Positions 14,331 through 27,371 are shown, counted from the first letter of the stretch. The stretch: 64,000 nt of DNA from Octopus sinensis (GCF_006345805.1 NC_042998.1:158596001-158660000); one strand, 5' to 3'. The notes: generated by a model not told the origin, from the sequence alone. Made by a program: numbers and translations.

Positions 14331-15100
14331 ATGAGCTTGCTATCCAGGAACAGGAAATACCAACCAAATACCTGATGCGCGACAAGAAAAGTGACGCAGG
14401 AAAAGCAGTAAAATGTGACAACCGATGCAGTTATAAAATGTGACAACCGATGTGGAGTTAACACCGAAGTTATCACCCACATCATAAGCAGTTGTGTAAG
14501 AATGTCATCACGATATTATCTATCGATGAGATATGAGGTTGTAGCTAGGACCCTGTATGATAACATCCGCCTGAAAGATAACCCTGAAGCCAAAGAAATA
14601 GAAACCCACAATATGTTGGAAGCCGTAGCCACTCATAATAAGAAGGAATACTGGTGGAAGGTCCCAGTGAAAACCTCAATAAAATGTAAACATACCAGAC
14701 CTAACGCAATGATTTGGGACAGAGAATAGAAACAGTGTACAGCTGCGAAAACCGGCTGCTCAGTTGATGTTAACGTAAAGTTCAAGTTCAACGAAAAAGA
14801 AAATTCCTATGCTGAACTATTGAGAAATATATAGTGACTCTTGCCAGATTACAAGTTCAGATTTATAACTGTAATTATTGGAGTGCTGGGATATGTAACA
14901 CTGCCTAAGTACCAATCCAGAAAGGAGAAAGCTGAATCGGTGACTACACATCAAAGCCATCACTGGAACTATAAGAAATCTGTAAAACTTTCCAGAAGTT
15001 TATCATTTAAGTATATATGAGACATGCAGCGATATGCATGAGAATACATACATAAAACGAAGCACATACATTAATACATACATACATACATACATTAATA
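14331..15100 (+). mobile_element. 5'-truncated R4/Dong-clade LINE (CCHC finger, restriction-like endonuclease, 3' UTR)
   Basis: LAIQEQEIPTKY...CDNRCG..EVITHIISSC..SSRYYLSMR(Y)EVVAR...YWWKVPVKTSIKCKHTRPNAMIWDRE...EKENSYAELLRN...IIGVLGYV, with stops and frameshifts; ORF remnant ends at TAA 15008-15010. Confidence 0.8.
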
Positions 15101-15618
15101 CATACATACATACATGCATACATACATACATACATGCATACATACATACATACATACATACACACACACATACTTACAAACATTCGAATTTATTTACATT
15201 GTATTTTGCACTTCTTTTATCTTTCTTATGAAGATATATTGTCTCCCTTTCACAAGTCTTCACTATGAGAGATATATACATCAATATATCAATACGAAGA
15301 CTCCAGCTCCTGGAGACTGAGGGCACTGCATAAGAGGAGGCAGCCGTCGAACGACCAGAAAATCCCACTTATTTTCGCCTACACTACACTTGGTGGTGAT
15401 GTTCCATAAAACCTAGAGGCGAGCAATGTCTGAATCATCACAAAAAATGATCCAACCTATGACAGTGGTTCCAAGATTCTCAAGTCTTGACTTATGCTGT
15501 TGAGAAATTTAAATATATTCTGCAAGAAATACACTGCAGCGAGCAATAGAAAAGCATCAAGAACGCTACAGACAACAAATGCTGCATCTCTGAAGCATAC
15601 ATGTATATACTTATAATA

Positions 15619-16650
15619 TCAGGTCATTCCATAAGTTCTGTCCGATTTTGCCTTTTTTAAAATTGAATGAAATTTAATAGTATTTTAGAATGTCTAATGG
15701 AATTAAAAATTATTTTTACGCATTTGTGCACATTTAGCTTAAGTAAATATTATTTTACAGAATAATAGAATTAAACTTTCTTTGATTAAAACCCTTTCTA
15801 ACATGGAAGTATCCAAAGAGCATTTAAAGCACATAATGCTTTATGAGTACAAAAAAAGAAACTCTGCAGCCGAAGCGACTCGAAACACACTCAGTTTATG
15901 GGAAAGAATGCTTGAATGAAAGAACTTGCAGAAGATGGCTTGCAAAATTCAGAAGTGGAGATTTCAGCCTTGAAGATATGGATCTAACAGGTCGTCCAGT
16001 TGAGTTTGATGATAAGCTCCTTGAGGCACTAATTGAAGAAAATCCAGCATTATCAGTTGAAGAATTGGCAATAAAGCTTAGTTCAAAACATACAACTGTT
16101 CATCGTCATCTTCAACAACTTGGAAAGGTTCCTAAACTTGGAAAATGGGTGCCTCATGAATTGTCCGAAAGCAACCGCAAATCCCGAGTTGACATCTGCT
16201 CTTCACTCCATTTTCGCGAACTCGTTTCACCCATTTTGGATAGACTTGTGACTGGTGACGGAAAATGGATCTTCTATCGAAATGTTTAAACGTCGTAAAC
16301 AGTGGCTTGATAAAAAGAAAATAAGCTCAACCACAACTGAGAAGGGAACTTTATGGGGAAACGGTTCTCTCTATCTGGTGGGATTGCAAAGGAGTAATTC
16401 ACTTTGAATTGTTACCAGCTAATGAAACAATCAATGTTCAAGTCTGCTGTCAGCAATTAGAGCGTTTGAACCAAGCTTTGAAAAAAAAAAGACCCGCTTT
16501 AATGAATCGAAAGGGAGTGATGTTTCAATAGGGCAATGCGCGACCCCACACTGCAAAGATCATATCTCAGAAAATCGAAGAGCTTGGTTGGAAAAAAATT
16601 CCTCATCCACCTTACTCTCGTAACCTTGCTCCTTCAGACTACCATTTGTT
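15619..16650 (+). mobile_element. Mariner (DD34D) transposon, 3'-truncated, transposase pseudogene from ATG 15803
   Basis: TA followed by TIR-like TCAGGTCATTCCATAAGTT; HTH region, WVPHEL, VTGDGKW, YSRNLAPSDY (YSPDLAPSDY variant); frameshift near 15888 and several stops; no right TIR seen. Confidence 0.92.
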
Positions 16651-17692
16651 AGTCGATGGAGACTAAATCAATTGCTTTCATAAGTTATGTGGAAGTTTCC
16701 AAATATGCCTTGAAGTTAGTTATCACCTCTGAATTCATTGGCTGGAACAAAGAGGTTGCTTTCTAGAGAATACATTCTACGTCCACACTATCAGAAATCC
16801 CATTTAAGTTGATAGTGTATAGTGTTACTTAAAGTATTGTCTAAAAGGTATGACGCTCTATTAGAAATATAATGTCTGGACTGTACCTTTCGAGAGCAGG
16901 AAAGAGACTATTTGTAAAACTTTTTTTTTTCGAAAAGGCTTTTAGCCACCCATGCCTTCTTATTTTAACACAAAATCAGAGGTATGCTTAACTTTGCATA
17001 ATCCTTGATTCTCCTTACCATTAAACCAAATCGGTTAGCAAACAACATTTGAGCATAGATTAACTCTTAAAATAGGCCGCATCTCGCACTTTCTATCCTT
17101 TCGTCATATCTCACACTTCCTCATCACAGATTTTCCCCATCGCTCCACGGCGTTCATCACCTCCCTTAACACCGCAACCTTCGCTGACTGAAACACCTCA
17201 GAAATACAATCCCGTACATATTAAATATCTTCAGATACGTGGTACTTCGTTATGCAAGCGCAATATATTATAAGGTATACTAAATGCTTTCATAAGTCAG
17301 CACCACGTTCTATTGCGTCAGCAGTGCCCCTTACATTATTGTGTCAAGGTTATTTCTACATATATTCTATAGAACTTATAGCCAGCACGGATCTTTGCTA
17401 CGAAATTTCGTTACCGAGACGTCAGATGTAAACATTATTTTGTTGCAACAGAAGTCAGTGCTAGCTATACAATATCTGCAGATATAACCTTAACAAATCA
17501 ACCCGTCCATAGTTTTAAGCACTCGGACAATCCGGAGATGTTGTTGATAATTAAAACGAATTAAGAAATAAAATATTGGAATACATAAAAATAAAATATG
17601 ACAAACAATATATAATTTTTTATATATCATGTAATTACAACAGGTAATATGAATTTATAAAACAACCTGCATGTGTGAGTGTGTGTCTGTAT

Positions 17693-18104
17693 TCTTTTAT
17701 TCTTTTACTTGTTCCTGTCATTTGACTGCAGCTATGCTGCAGCACCACCTTTACTCGGACAAATCGACCCAGGACTTCTTTGTAAGCCTAGTGCTTATTC
17801 TATCAGATTATTTTTCCGAGCCTCTATGTTACAGGGACGTAAACACACCAACAACGGTTGTCAAGCGACGGTATTGCGGGACACACAAACCCAGACACAG
17901 AAATACATATATACATGCATATATATATAATAAAAATATACGACAGGCTTCTTTCAGTTTCCGTCTATTAAATCCGCTCACAAGGCTTAGGTCAGCCCGA
18001 GGCTAGAGTAGACGACACTTGCCCAAGGTGCCACGCTATGGGATTGAACCCTGAACCATCTGGTTAGGAAGCAAGCTTCTTACCGTAGTGTCATTCATGC
18101 ACCT
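17693..18104 (-). mobile_element. SINE family A, full length
   Basis: Reverse complement of the same consensus. Confidence 0.85.
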
Positions 18105-18581
18105 ATTGGTGCCTCGGCAAGGAATCGAACTTGGATCACTTTATATATGTAAGTATAAATATATGTGTATGAGTGGTGCACATTGTTTTAGTGTTTATGT
18201 GTATACATATAATAACATACACAAGGATACTGTAGCGTGTGTGTGTGTGTGTGTGTGTGTGTATTTGTTTGTTTGTGTGTGTGTGTACGTGTGTCAGTGT
18301 GTGCGTTTGTGCATGCATTTATTAATATAACTATTTGAATATACTGAATATATACATATACAGAGAGGCACACAGTAAGATAGTTGAGTAATGTTAATAC
18401 GACAGCAATGGTTTGAAGCGAATATATTTGCAATTATTCTGCCTGCGATTGAATAAGTGTAAATCTTTTCACATAAAACCATTGGTATTGGATTAAAACC
18501 ACTGAACTATTAAAAAAAAAGTCATCCACTACTGCAGTGTTGATCACTGACTTTGTAGTTTGTTATATATATATATATATA

Positions 18582-19046
18582 TTATGTGAAATAGAAAGAT
18601 GAATAATCTTGTAGCAGATTAATCAAAAGTTTAACCGATACCTTGGTAGCAAAAATCACAGCAGAAGACAGCACGGTTGGAGGTACAACCATATGGTGTT
18701 GCAAACGTGCGTTGGTGCGGATAATTGAAATTAAAATATTATTGGTGAATTGAAGAAATGGAGTTGAACGAAGATTGCACAGAAATCGTTTTATTTCATT
18801 CTACACGTGTTTCGAAAGGCACAATTTACCAAAATTAGGAGCCTAGTTCGATTTGTTTTGCTCCGCCTCTGTTCTGTTTTTGTTTTTTCCAACGGATTTC
18901 CTATTTCTTCCTGAAGAGAAAGACACAATATGGTCTCATTATTCAATCGGATTTTGGTAAATTGTGCCTTTCGAAACACGTGTAGAATGAAATAAAACGA
19001 TTTCTGTGCAATCTTCGTTCAGCTCCATTTCTTCAATTCACCAATA

Positions 19047-19053
<7 letters not shown>
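18582..19053. mobile_element. Fold-back hammerhead element (Penelope pLTR-like), copy 1
   Basis: 103-bp inverted arms 18733-18835 and 18951-19053 (1 mismatch); (TA)n flanks; near-identical to 53851-54328. Confidence 0.75.
18902..18994 (+). ncRNA. Type I hammerhead ribozyme with extended stem II
   Basis: UAUUUCUUC-CUGAAGA(18911-17)-GAAAGACACAAU...AUUGUGCCUUUC-GAAA(18973-76)C ACGU GUA-GAAUGAAAUA; 12-bp stem II with one mismatch, palindrome ACACGUGU, stem I with one bulge. Confidence 0.8.
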
Positions 19054-19087
<34 letters not shown>

Positions 19088-19088
19088 T

Positions 19089-19543
19089 GACGTATTTTTG
19101 CCATTTCAATATGGCTAACCCCTAAGGGTGGATGCTACTGTAGTTTTTAGCCCCAAGAGGACACACTCCTCCAGCTGGCCATAGACACACTATCTGTGTC
19201 CTGTCAGTATTTGCAAAGGGAAGTCATCCTTCCCGTCTTCAACTTATGATACACACGGACTCGAGTTTCGAGGTATTGACCTCTCGTCAGCGTGTGACAA
19301 TCATAGTTGTCGCCGAGAATTAGATTTCCTTCACAAAATTATACTTTTCCAGCGTCCACTGTCGCTGATATTGAAAAAGTGAATCAAACAATGATAAATA
19401 TCAAAGTAAGTATATACAGTAGCCGGTAACACATCGGACGTATTTTTGCCATTTCAATATGGCTAACCCCTAAGGGTGGATGCTACTGTAGTTTTTAGCC
19501 CCAAGAGGACACACTCCTCCAGCTGGCCATAGACACACTATCT
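19089..19543 (-). mobile_element. Retrozyme-like element: 348-nt unit plus identical 107-nt terminal direct repeat, carrying a hammerhead
   Basis: 19089-19195 is identical to 19437-19543; (TA)n on both sides; hammerhead at 19252-19296; no ORF. Confidence 0.8.
19252..19296 (-). ncRNA. Minimal type I hammerhead ribozyme, fully canonical
   Basis: Minus strand reads CACACG-CUGACGA-GAGGU caau ACCUC-GAAAC UCGA GUC-CGUGUG: 6-bp stem I, 5-bp stem II closed by G10.1-C11.1, palindromic stem III ACUCGAGU, GUC cleavage triplet (cut between 19258 and 19257). Confidence 0.9.
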
Positions 19544-21322
19544 ATATATATATATATATATATAGTTAGGCAGATACACTGATAATTATATACATACACA
19601 TATGCATATTTAAAGATATACATACACATATAAATATGCACACAGACGTGCACATATCAGTATGTATATGTATAGATATATACACACACATATATGCATA
19701 TATACTTATGCATTTATATATACCTTTGTATATATTCTGCATGGATTTATTCATGCATTTATATACAATGTTCTTATATTTTACGGTTCTTTTGAATTGG
19801 TATTGGCATGAACGCCATATCATCTTAGCATTCTTTGTCAATGAAATTTAGAGTGTGAATGTCTTAGGAAACGGAATCATTATATTTGGATTGCAGCTAA
19901 AACTGTCTATATTAAACCATTCATACAATCATTAGAATAACTTAGATATTAAATTTTCTATGATGGCTCACTGCGCAGTCTAATTTACGTTTGTTATATG
20001 TCAGGGTACCAACAGATCTTTCCATATTAGAAATGTGTAATGTTATTGATCGACAGCTCAATCTAAATCGAAGACTTACAATTAAAGACGCTGTAGCCTA
20101 GAGCTATTCTTTCTCCCTCTCTCTCACTTTCTATCTCCCTCACCCATTCTGTCTCTCTCCCCCTTTCCCTTTTCTTTCCTTGTTTCTCTCTCTCCCTCTC
20201 TCGTTTTTCTTTTTTCTCTCTCACTCACTCCGTCTTTCTCTCCCCCCTCTCGCTCTCTCTCTCTCTTTCTTTTGTTTTTAGACAACGTACAGCCAGAAGG
20301 ACTCTCTTCCAAAGCCTGACTTCATCTTTAACTTGTAAAATGAAGGTGATGTGTCGCTATTTCTCGCAGGTCGAACAATTACATTTCAGTTGCTCTCTCT
20401 CTCTCTCTCTCTCTCTTACCCACTCACTCTCTTTCCCTCTCTCTCCTCCCCTTCTCTCTCCGTCTCTCACCATTTCTCTTTCCATTTCTTTCTTCATCGC
20501 CATCTCTCTTTCTCTACCTCTCCCTCTCTGTCTTTCGTACTGACTGATGATGAAACGGTGACTGTTATATTGTAGATTTAAATTCTTTAAGAATGAATTA
20601 TTAATTTATTATCAGTAGTAGAACCATGTTGATGCTTCTGTTTCCAACTTACAGTTTATGTCTGTAAGGAAATATAATAAACGCTGAGTGAGGTAGGAAC
20701 AAGAGGCTGTTTGAATTTTCACAAAATTGAAATGTCTTAACGGCACCCAAAAGCCAGGTGGTTGTGTTAAACTGAGGTGTGTTAAGGCCTATCACACACA
20801 AACAAAGGTATCCAAACTTAAGTGGCGGTGTTAAACTGGGCGGTGTTTTAAGACTACTGCTGAAAGTCAGAAGCTCCTAAATTCTAGATTAAAGTGAGAA
20901 GTTTATCGTCGTAACTGTCACTTTAAGGCTCCTAAAGAACAGCTGATAATGTTAAACTGGGCGGAGTGTTGAGAATACCAACCAATCCTGAGAGACGTTG
21001 AGACACACCAAAATGCATCATGCCAAATTCCTAAATTTTTCCGCCAAATTCCATTGCTCCTTTAAATTAGAGACGAGCTCATGTGTGCGGTGTGGCGGTG
21101 CAGTTTTCGGAATCTGTCAAATAATCTCTAGTATGTCTTGTAGTTTCCTGAATCATTGTGCTGTAAACTAATAGAATAAATGAGATTGTGGAAGAAAGAG
21201 AATATGAGTTAACTAAGGGGAGATAATTAAATATAGATGGAGGTGTGTTGAAACTACCGGTTGTATGTGTGTAAAGGAGAGGACGGGGTCATAGAGAAAG
21301 AGTAAGAATGAAAAGAAGGAAC

Positions 21323-21353
<31 letters not shown>

Positions 21354-22014
21354 TGGAAAGTCAGATGAATATTAATTACAAAAATAAAGCGATAAGTAAG
21401 AAAGAAACAAAGAGAAACAATCAAAGATATATAAAATGAGTAAATGATATAGGAGAGAGCAGAGACGAGAGAAAGGAGAGAGAGGAGGATGAGAAGAAAT
21501 TAAACGAGACAATTTCCGTTCAAACTACTATTTTATTGATTTTCTATGTTTATGAGTGTACGTGTGTAGTTGTGAATGTATATGAATGCGTCTCAATGGC
21601 TATGTTTAAAATTCGCTATGTGCATAAATATTTGTGTCTGTCTTGTATGTCAGTGTGTATATGAAGGCGTGTATGTATTTGTGGGAAGAGAGAGCGGGAG
21701 AGAGAGAGAAAAAAAGAGAGAGTGTGTGCGCGCGTGCGTGTGTACGTACGTGTGTATGTGTGCGTTTTATAATCTGTAGTAACGTGAAGAGCGAAAAGAG
21801 TATGAGTCGTGAGGAAATAGACGAGGATTGGCTGATAGTCAGGAATGAATGAGTATATGAGAGGTAAATAGATAGAGCGCCATATAAAGAGACATACACA
21901 CGTAACTGCATGGACAGATATAATCATATATGCGTAAATACATGCACATATATACACACACACACATATATTCATATATATGTATATATATGCGTATATA
22001 TATATACATATATA

Positions 22015-22065
<51 letters not shown>

Positions 22066-22105
22066 ATATATATATTTATATAACATATATATATATATAT
22101 ATATA

Positions 22106-22158
<53 letters not shown>

Positions 22159-22856
22159 TATAATTATACATATACGTGCACCATGTGTGTTATGTGTTTG
22201 TGTATCAAGGGAGAAAGTTACGGTTTTTGTGTATGTGAATGTGTTTGTTTGTGTATGTGTCTCTGTGTGTGTATGTCTGTGTGAAAATGTGGAGCAATTA
22301 TATGGTAAGAATGATATTGATCGATCTAGTTATATGTTAAGCGATGATTCAGATTTATACAATTAGAGTTATAGTACGCAGGAATAAAGTGAGAGAACGC
22401 CTATAAAAGTCTTTGACGAAGGAAGGAAGGGAGGGAGGAAGGCAGAGACAACTTGGTGTAGGTAAAGAGAAAACCCAGAGAAGCAGTGGGTAGACCTTAT
22501 GTGATATTCTATAAAATATATAAATAAAACTGAAGACACAATTACTCTGAGCGTCTCCTTGGTGTATTATTCAGCCAACTTGGTACAGTGTATCAAATCA
22601 CAACTAACCGCGTGTTAACGCCATTTTCATACTTCTTTTTTCAGTATTTACTTTTATTTGATATCATTAATTCTTTCTGGTGGGTCATTACAAACACAGA
22701 AATTAATGATGTCTAGAGTCGATATGTTACTTCCTACTATTTTGCTGAAATGAGAACTTAGCTATTTCTTCTCCCTCTCTCTTGCGCATTAATAGATATT
22801 TTATGTATGTTTATGTATCTCTGTTTATATATGTGTATACATAAAAGCATACATAC

Positions 22857-22921
<65 letters not shown>

Positions 22922-22930
22922 TATATACAT

Positions 22931-22972
<42 letters not shown>

Positions 22973-23096
22973 TATTACATATAGTACATAGATATTATAT
23001 ATAATATAATATACTATATATATACTATATATATATATATATATATTATATATTATATATATATATATTATAATATATATATATATTATATATATA

Positions 23097-23540
23097 GGCG
23101 CATGCGTAGCTGTGTAGTAAAAGCTTGCTTCCCAACCACATGGTTCAGTTCCACTGCGCAGCGTCTTGCAAAAGTGTCTTATACTATAGCCTCGGGCCGA
23201 CCAAAGCCCTGTGAGTGGTTTTTGTACACGGAAACTGAAAGAGTCCCGTCATATATATGTGTGTGTGTGTGTGTGTGTATGTGTGTGTGGTGTGTGTGTG
23301 CGTGTGTGTGTGTGCGTGTGTATCTGTGTGTGTGTTTTGTGTCTGTTTGTCCCACTACCACCGTTGACAACCGTTGTCGGTGTGTTTACATCCCCATAAC
23401 ATAGTGGTTTGGCCAAACAGACCGACAGAATAAGTACTAGGCTTCAACAAAATAAATCCTAGGGTCGATTTGGTCGACTAAAACCTCTAAAACAGTACCC
23501 AGCATGACCGCAGTTATATGACTGAAACAAGCAACAGATA
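23097..23540 (+). mobile_element. SINE family A, full length
   Basis: ggcgcatgcgtagctgtgtag...actgaaacaagc. Confidence 0.85.
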
Positions 23541-23560
23541 AAACATAATAGATATATGGT

Positions 23561-23977
23561 AAAGTTTATTTACCAACAAAATGTGGTAGTCCTACACAAG
23601 ACGATGTTACCACTGTTTAGCCCCCAGGGAAACATCTTTTTCAACTGGCTACTGACACACAGCTTGTGTCCGTATAGTATGAGCAATGGAAGTTATCGCT
23701 CCCATCTCTAGCTTTCGTGATACTCACAGACTTAGGTTTCCGAGTTGCTTCCCGTCTTCGGTGTGAGACAATAACAGGCTAGTGATGGGGGCTTATTCGA
23801 CTTGCTCATACCTTTTAAAGTGACACACAGTCGCTGATCTCGTAAAGAAAAAAATATCTAGTTTGAAATCTCTGAGCGAGAGATAAGCAGTAAAAGTACC
23901 GAACAGAAAAGTTTATTTACAAGCAAAAAGTGGCAGCCCTACACAGGACAATGTTACTACTGTTTAGCCCCAGGAAA
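23561..23977 (-). mobile_element. Older retrozyme-like element, 347-nt period, diverged terminal repeats
   Basis: Imperfect direct repeats 23561-23632 and 23908-23977; shares actgt..tttagcccc, ctggc..gacacac and gtcgctgat motifs with the 19089 element. Confidence 0.7.
23723..23767 (-). ncRNA. Degenerate minimal type I hammerhead ribozyme
   Basis: Minus strand CUCACA-CCGAAGA-CGGG aagcaa CUCG-GAAAC CUAA GUC-UGUGAG: perfect 6-bp stem I, U4C core change, stem III palindrome broken. Confidence 0.7.
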
Positions 23978-24034
23978 AAAGATATGCATATACATAAATA
24001 TATAGATATAGAAATGCATCTATGCATATCCATC

Positions 24035-24127
<93 letters not shown>

Positions 24128-25463
24128 CATGTATATATATATATATGTATATATATGTGTGTATATGTATATATGTATATAATATATGTGTAATATATAT
24201 ATTTATGTGTATATATGCATATATACACATGTAAATATACTCATTTATACACACACACTCACACATATATATATATTATATACAGATATATCTGTGTGTG
24301 TGTATGTATGTATATATATATATATGTGGTGTTTTTGTGTGTCTGTGTGTGTCTGTGTATGTATGTGTGTATGTATTTATGTATGCAAACATTTTTATGA
24401 ACAGGAATATATATGTGCCTATGTATTCATTTGTGTGTGTCTTGTGAGGGAGAGGGTATTTATGTTGTGTTTAAATTTGACGCCTGCCTAAATATTAACA
24501 AACTTCGTCTGCAGTCAATCATAAAATAATGAAAAAAAAATGTTTTCTGTTTTAGCCTAAGTGGTCCTAGCTGCATATTAGAAAGTCTGGTGATGGACTT
24601 AATTGACATTATTACCAGGAATAAAGTAGAAGCATATTCAACGATTCACTATTGTGTGACGCGTTTGTATTCTTAAAAAATACTCGGCATTTGTTAAAGA
24701 CACCATGATTTGTACAATAATGGTTTTATTAGAATGGTATACAACATCGTAGACTAAAATTGTAAACAACATCGGATTTATGAGGCAAGGGAGGAATAAG
24801 TATGTGATCCCAATGTTACCAAGAAACAACTATCAATCATTAAATCAAGTTCTATCGTGTTCCCTAGTGGCTAGAGTGTTGTACTCACGATTGCGAGATC
24901 GTGGGTTCGATTCACAGGTCGAGCAGTGCTTTGTGTTCTAAGCAAAACACTCCATTTCACATTGCTCTGCGATCACATTGAGGTATCCTTAAACTTGAGT
25001 GCAGGCCAGAAATTTTGCAACAAAGTGGATTCTGCTTGAGGCACCCCAAACCGATTGGCAGTAAATCGATTGACGGATTGCATCTACTACGCAAGAAGAC
25101 TAATGTGGGATCTGAACACACCGAAAAACGGCTAGTTGGCACTTTCCCAGTCAATGCATGGAGGCTGCCGGGGTCTTGTAAGTGTTTGCTCTGTAATAAT
25201 CTGACTGGAGTCGGAAATACTAATGTAGCAAAGAAGGAAAAAACAAACATAACATCACCGAAGCTACAAAGAAAGTCAGTCCACAGATCTGGATAAAGAG
25301 GCAAGACAAACGGTCCGTATGTGTGTGTGGCTTAGTGGTTAGAATGTTGCACTCATGGTCGTAATATTGTGGTTTCCATTCCTACATCGACCGATGAGCC
25401 CTGCTCTTGACCAGAACGCTTCGTTTCACGTTATTCCGGTCCACTCAGCTGGCAACAATGAAA

Positions 25464-25502
<39 letters not shown>

Positions 25503-25513
25503 GAGAGAGAGAG

Positions 25514-25620
25514 AGGGTGTCCACAAAGTCTGGGTACATAGAGTAAATAAAATCATAACATAAAGAATTAAATATAATAAATATGTGTTAATCCCCATGT
25601 ACCCAGACTTTGTGGACACC

Positions 25621-25623
<3 letters not shown>
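25514..25623. mobile_element. 110-bp Tc1/mariner-type MITE
   Basis: Perfect 26-bp TIR AGGGTGTCCACAAAGTCTGGGTACAT; TA after the right end. Confidence 0.8.
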
Positions 25624-25674
<51 letters not shown>

Positions 25675-26454
25675 CTAGTATATATATATATATACAACAA
25701 ATAAAAAATAAATCATATGCATATATACATACATATATGTACGTACCTACATCTATATGTATATATACATGCATATATGGGTAAAGGACACAAAAAAAAC
25801 CGTCGAACACAATGAGAAATGAAAACATAAGAACAGAACCATGGAAGCGGACATTTTTTTAAACAACCAAAAAACAGTACAAGATATACAACACAAGGAA
25901 AACTCCCCTTCTTCAGCCGCCTCCGTTTCGTCTACTCCGTGTTTTGAAGGTAAAGGCGAGACACGACTTCGGTGAAACGGTCCTTCCCGTAAAGCAAATT
26001 AAATAAACTTTGAGATTTTTTGCGGAGGGGTAAAAGTGGTAACAAAAACAGGACAGTAAAAACAATACAAGACAGCAAAAATACAAATAAAAATAAAAAC
26101 AGTAAACGACAGGACAAGTAGAATAACAGTAATACAAACTTTAAGGGCTTTTAAGCCGAACGAAAGGATAATTATTTTGAACGCGTGAGAACAACGGCAT
26201 AAGAAAGGAGGAGGAGGAGTGAGAGAAAGGGAACGGTGAAAGGGAGAGAATCGTAGAGAAAACCAGAAAGAATGAAGAATGAGCGGGAGGGGGACAGTAA
26301 GGTTAGAAAAATAGAGACAGTAAGGTTAAGCGTGCGCATCATAATTATTAAGATAAAACTTACTTGGAAGAGGATGCGTGGCATTTTATCATATAATAAC
26401 AAAATAATAAATAAATCATATATTTATATATATTTATATGTATGTGTATGTGTA

Positions 26455-26672
26455 TGTGTATATGCTTGTGTGTCTGTGTTTGTCCCCCCAACGTCGCTTG
26501 ACAACCGATGCTGGTGTGTTTACGTCCCCGTAACTTAGCGGTTCGGCAAAAAAGAGCGATAGAATAAGTACTAGGTTTACAAAGAATAAGTCCTGGGGTC
26601 GATTTACTCGACTAAAGGTGGTGCTCCAGCATGGCCGCAGTCAAATGACTGAAACAAGTAAAAGAGTAAAGA
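26455..26672 (+). mobile_element. SINE family A 3' half (other partial copies at 2321-2520 -, 3008-3155 -, 8290-8450 +, 56140-56345 +, 58725-58870 +)
   Basis: gtttgtccccccaacgtcgcttgacaaccgatg...gactgaaacaagtaaaagag. Confidence 0.8.
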
Positions 26673-26900
26673 GTATATATATATGCATTTTCGTTACGTA
26701 TGTGTGTGTATATGTGTGTATGTGTGTAAAGATGGATGAGCGTATATGTGTGTATACTCTTATGATCATACGTATATTTGTGAGTATGTGTAAGTGTCTA
26801 TATGATTGTGTGTACTTGTATACATGTATAAGGTTATATGTGCATATATGTATCTAAGACGTTGTATCCATTCACCGTTAGACGGTGGTGAGAGAGACAA

Positions 26901-26936
<36 letters not shown>

Positions 26937-27238
26937 GTACATATATATCATGAAATAACTGTTACTTTCTCAGATGCAGCACGTAGCTTTGTCAGTGAAC
27001 AGGTCGCGCTCTCAAAGCGACGAAAATATTTTGACAAATTAAATTTAAATGTTGAAGTGAATCTAACGGTTTTGTGTGTTAAATGGCTTATAAACACCTT
27101 CCACGCTGCAATTGTTTTCGTTCCAGCACACGATCTCAGATCAAGTCACTCGCTATGCAACTACATCTCTCTCTCTCTCTCTCTCTCCTTCTCTCTCTCG
27201 CTCTCTCTCTCTCTCTATCGCTCTCTCTCTCTCTTTCT

Positions 27239-27284
<46 letters not shown>

Positions 27285-27302
27285 ATATTATATATATATG
27301 TA

Positions 27303-27344
<42 letters not shown>

Positions 27345-27371
27345 TATATATATATATATATAGATATACAT

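Noticed and set aside
17130-17245. Proline/serine-rich open frame after a cag, a possible NR2E3 hinge exon
   Set aside because: No similarity to PNR motifs, weak donor, and it could not be the exon preceding 35272.
19089-19543. Interpretation as an LTR element or TRIM
   Set aside because: The repeats lack TG..CA ends and I see no PBS or PPT; the hammerhead and unit size fit a retrozyme better.
25905-25975. GAGTAGAC...CTGAAGAAGG on the minus strand (similar string at about 10250-10292), a possible type II hammerhead
   Set aside because: Stems I and III cannot be formed in either copy; treated as an unclassified repeat.
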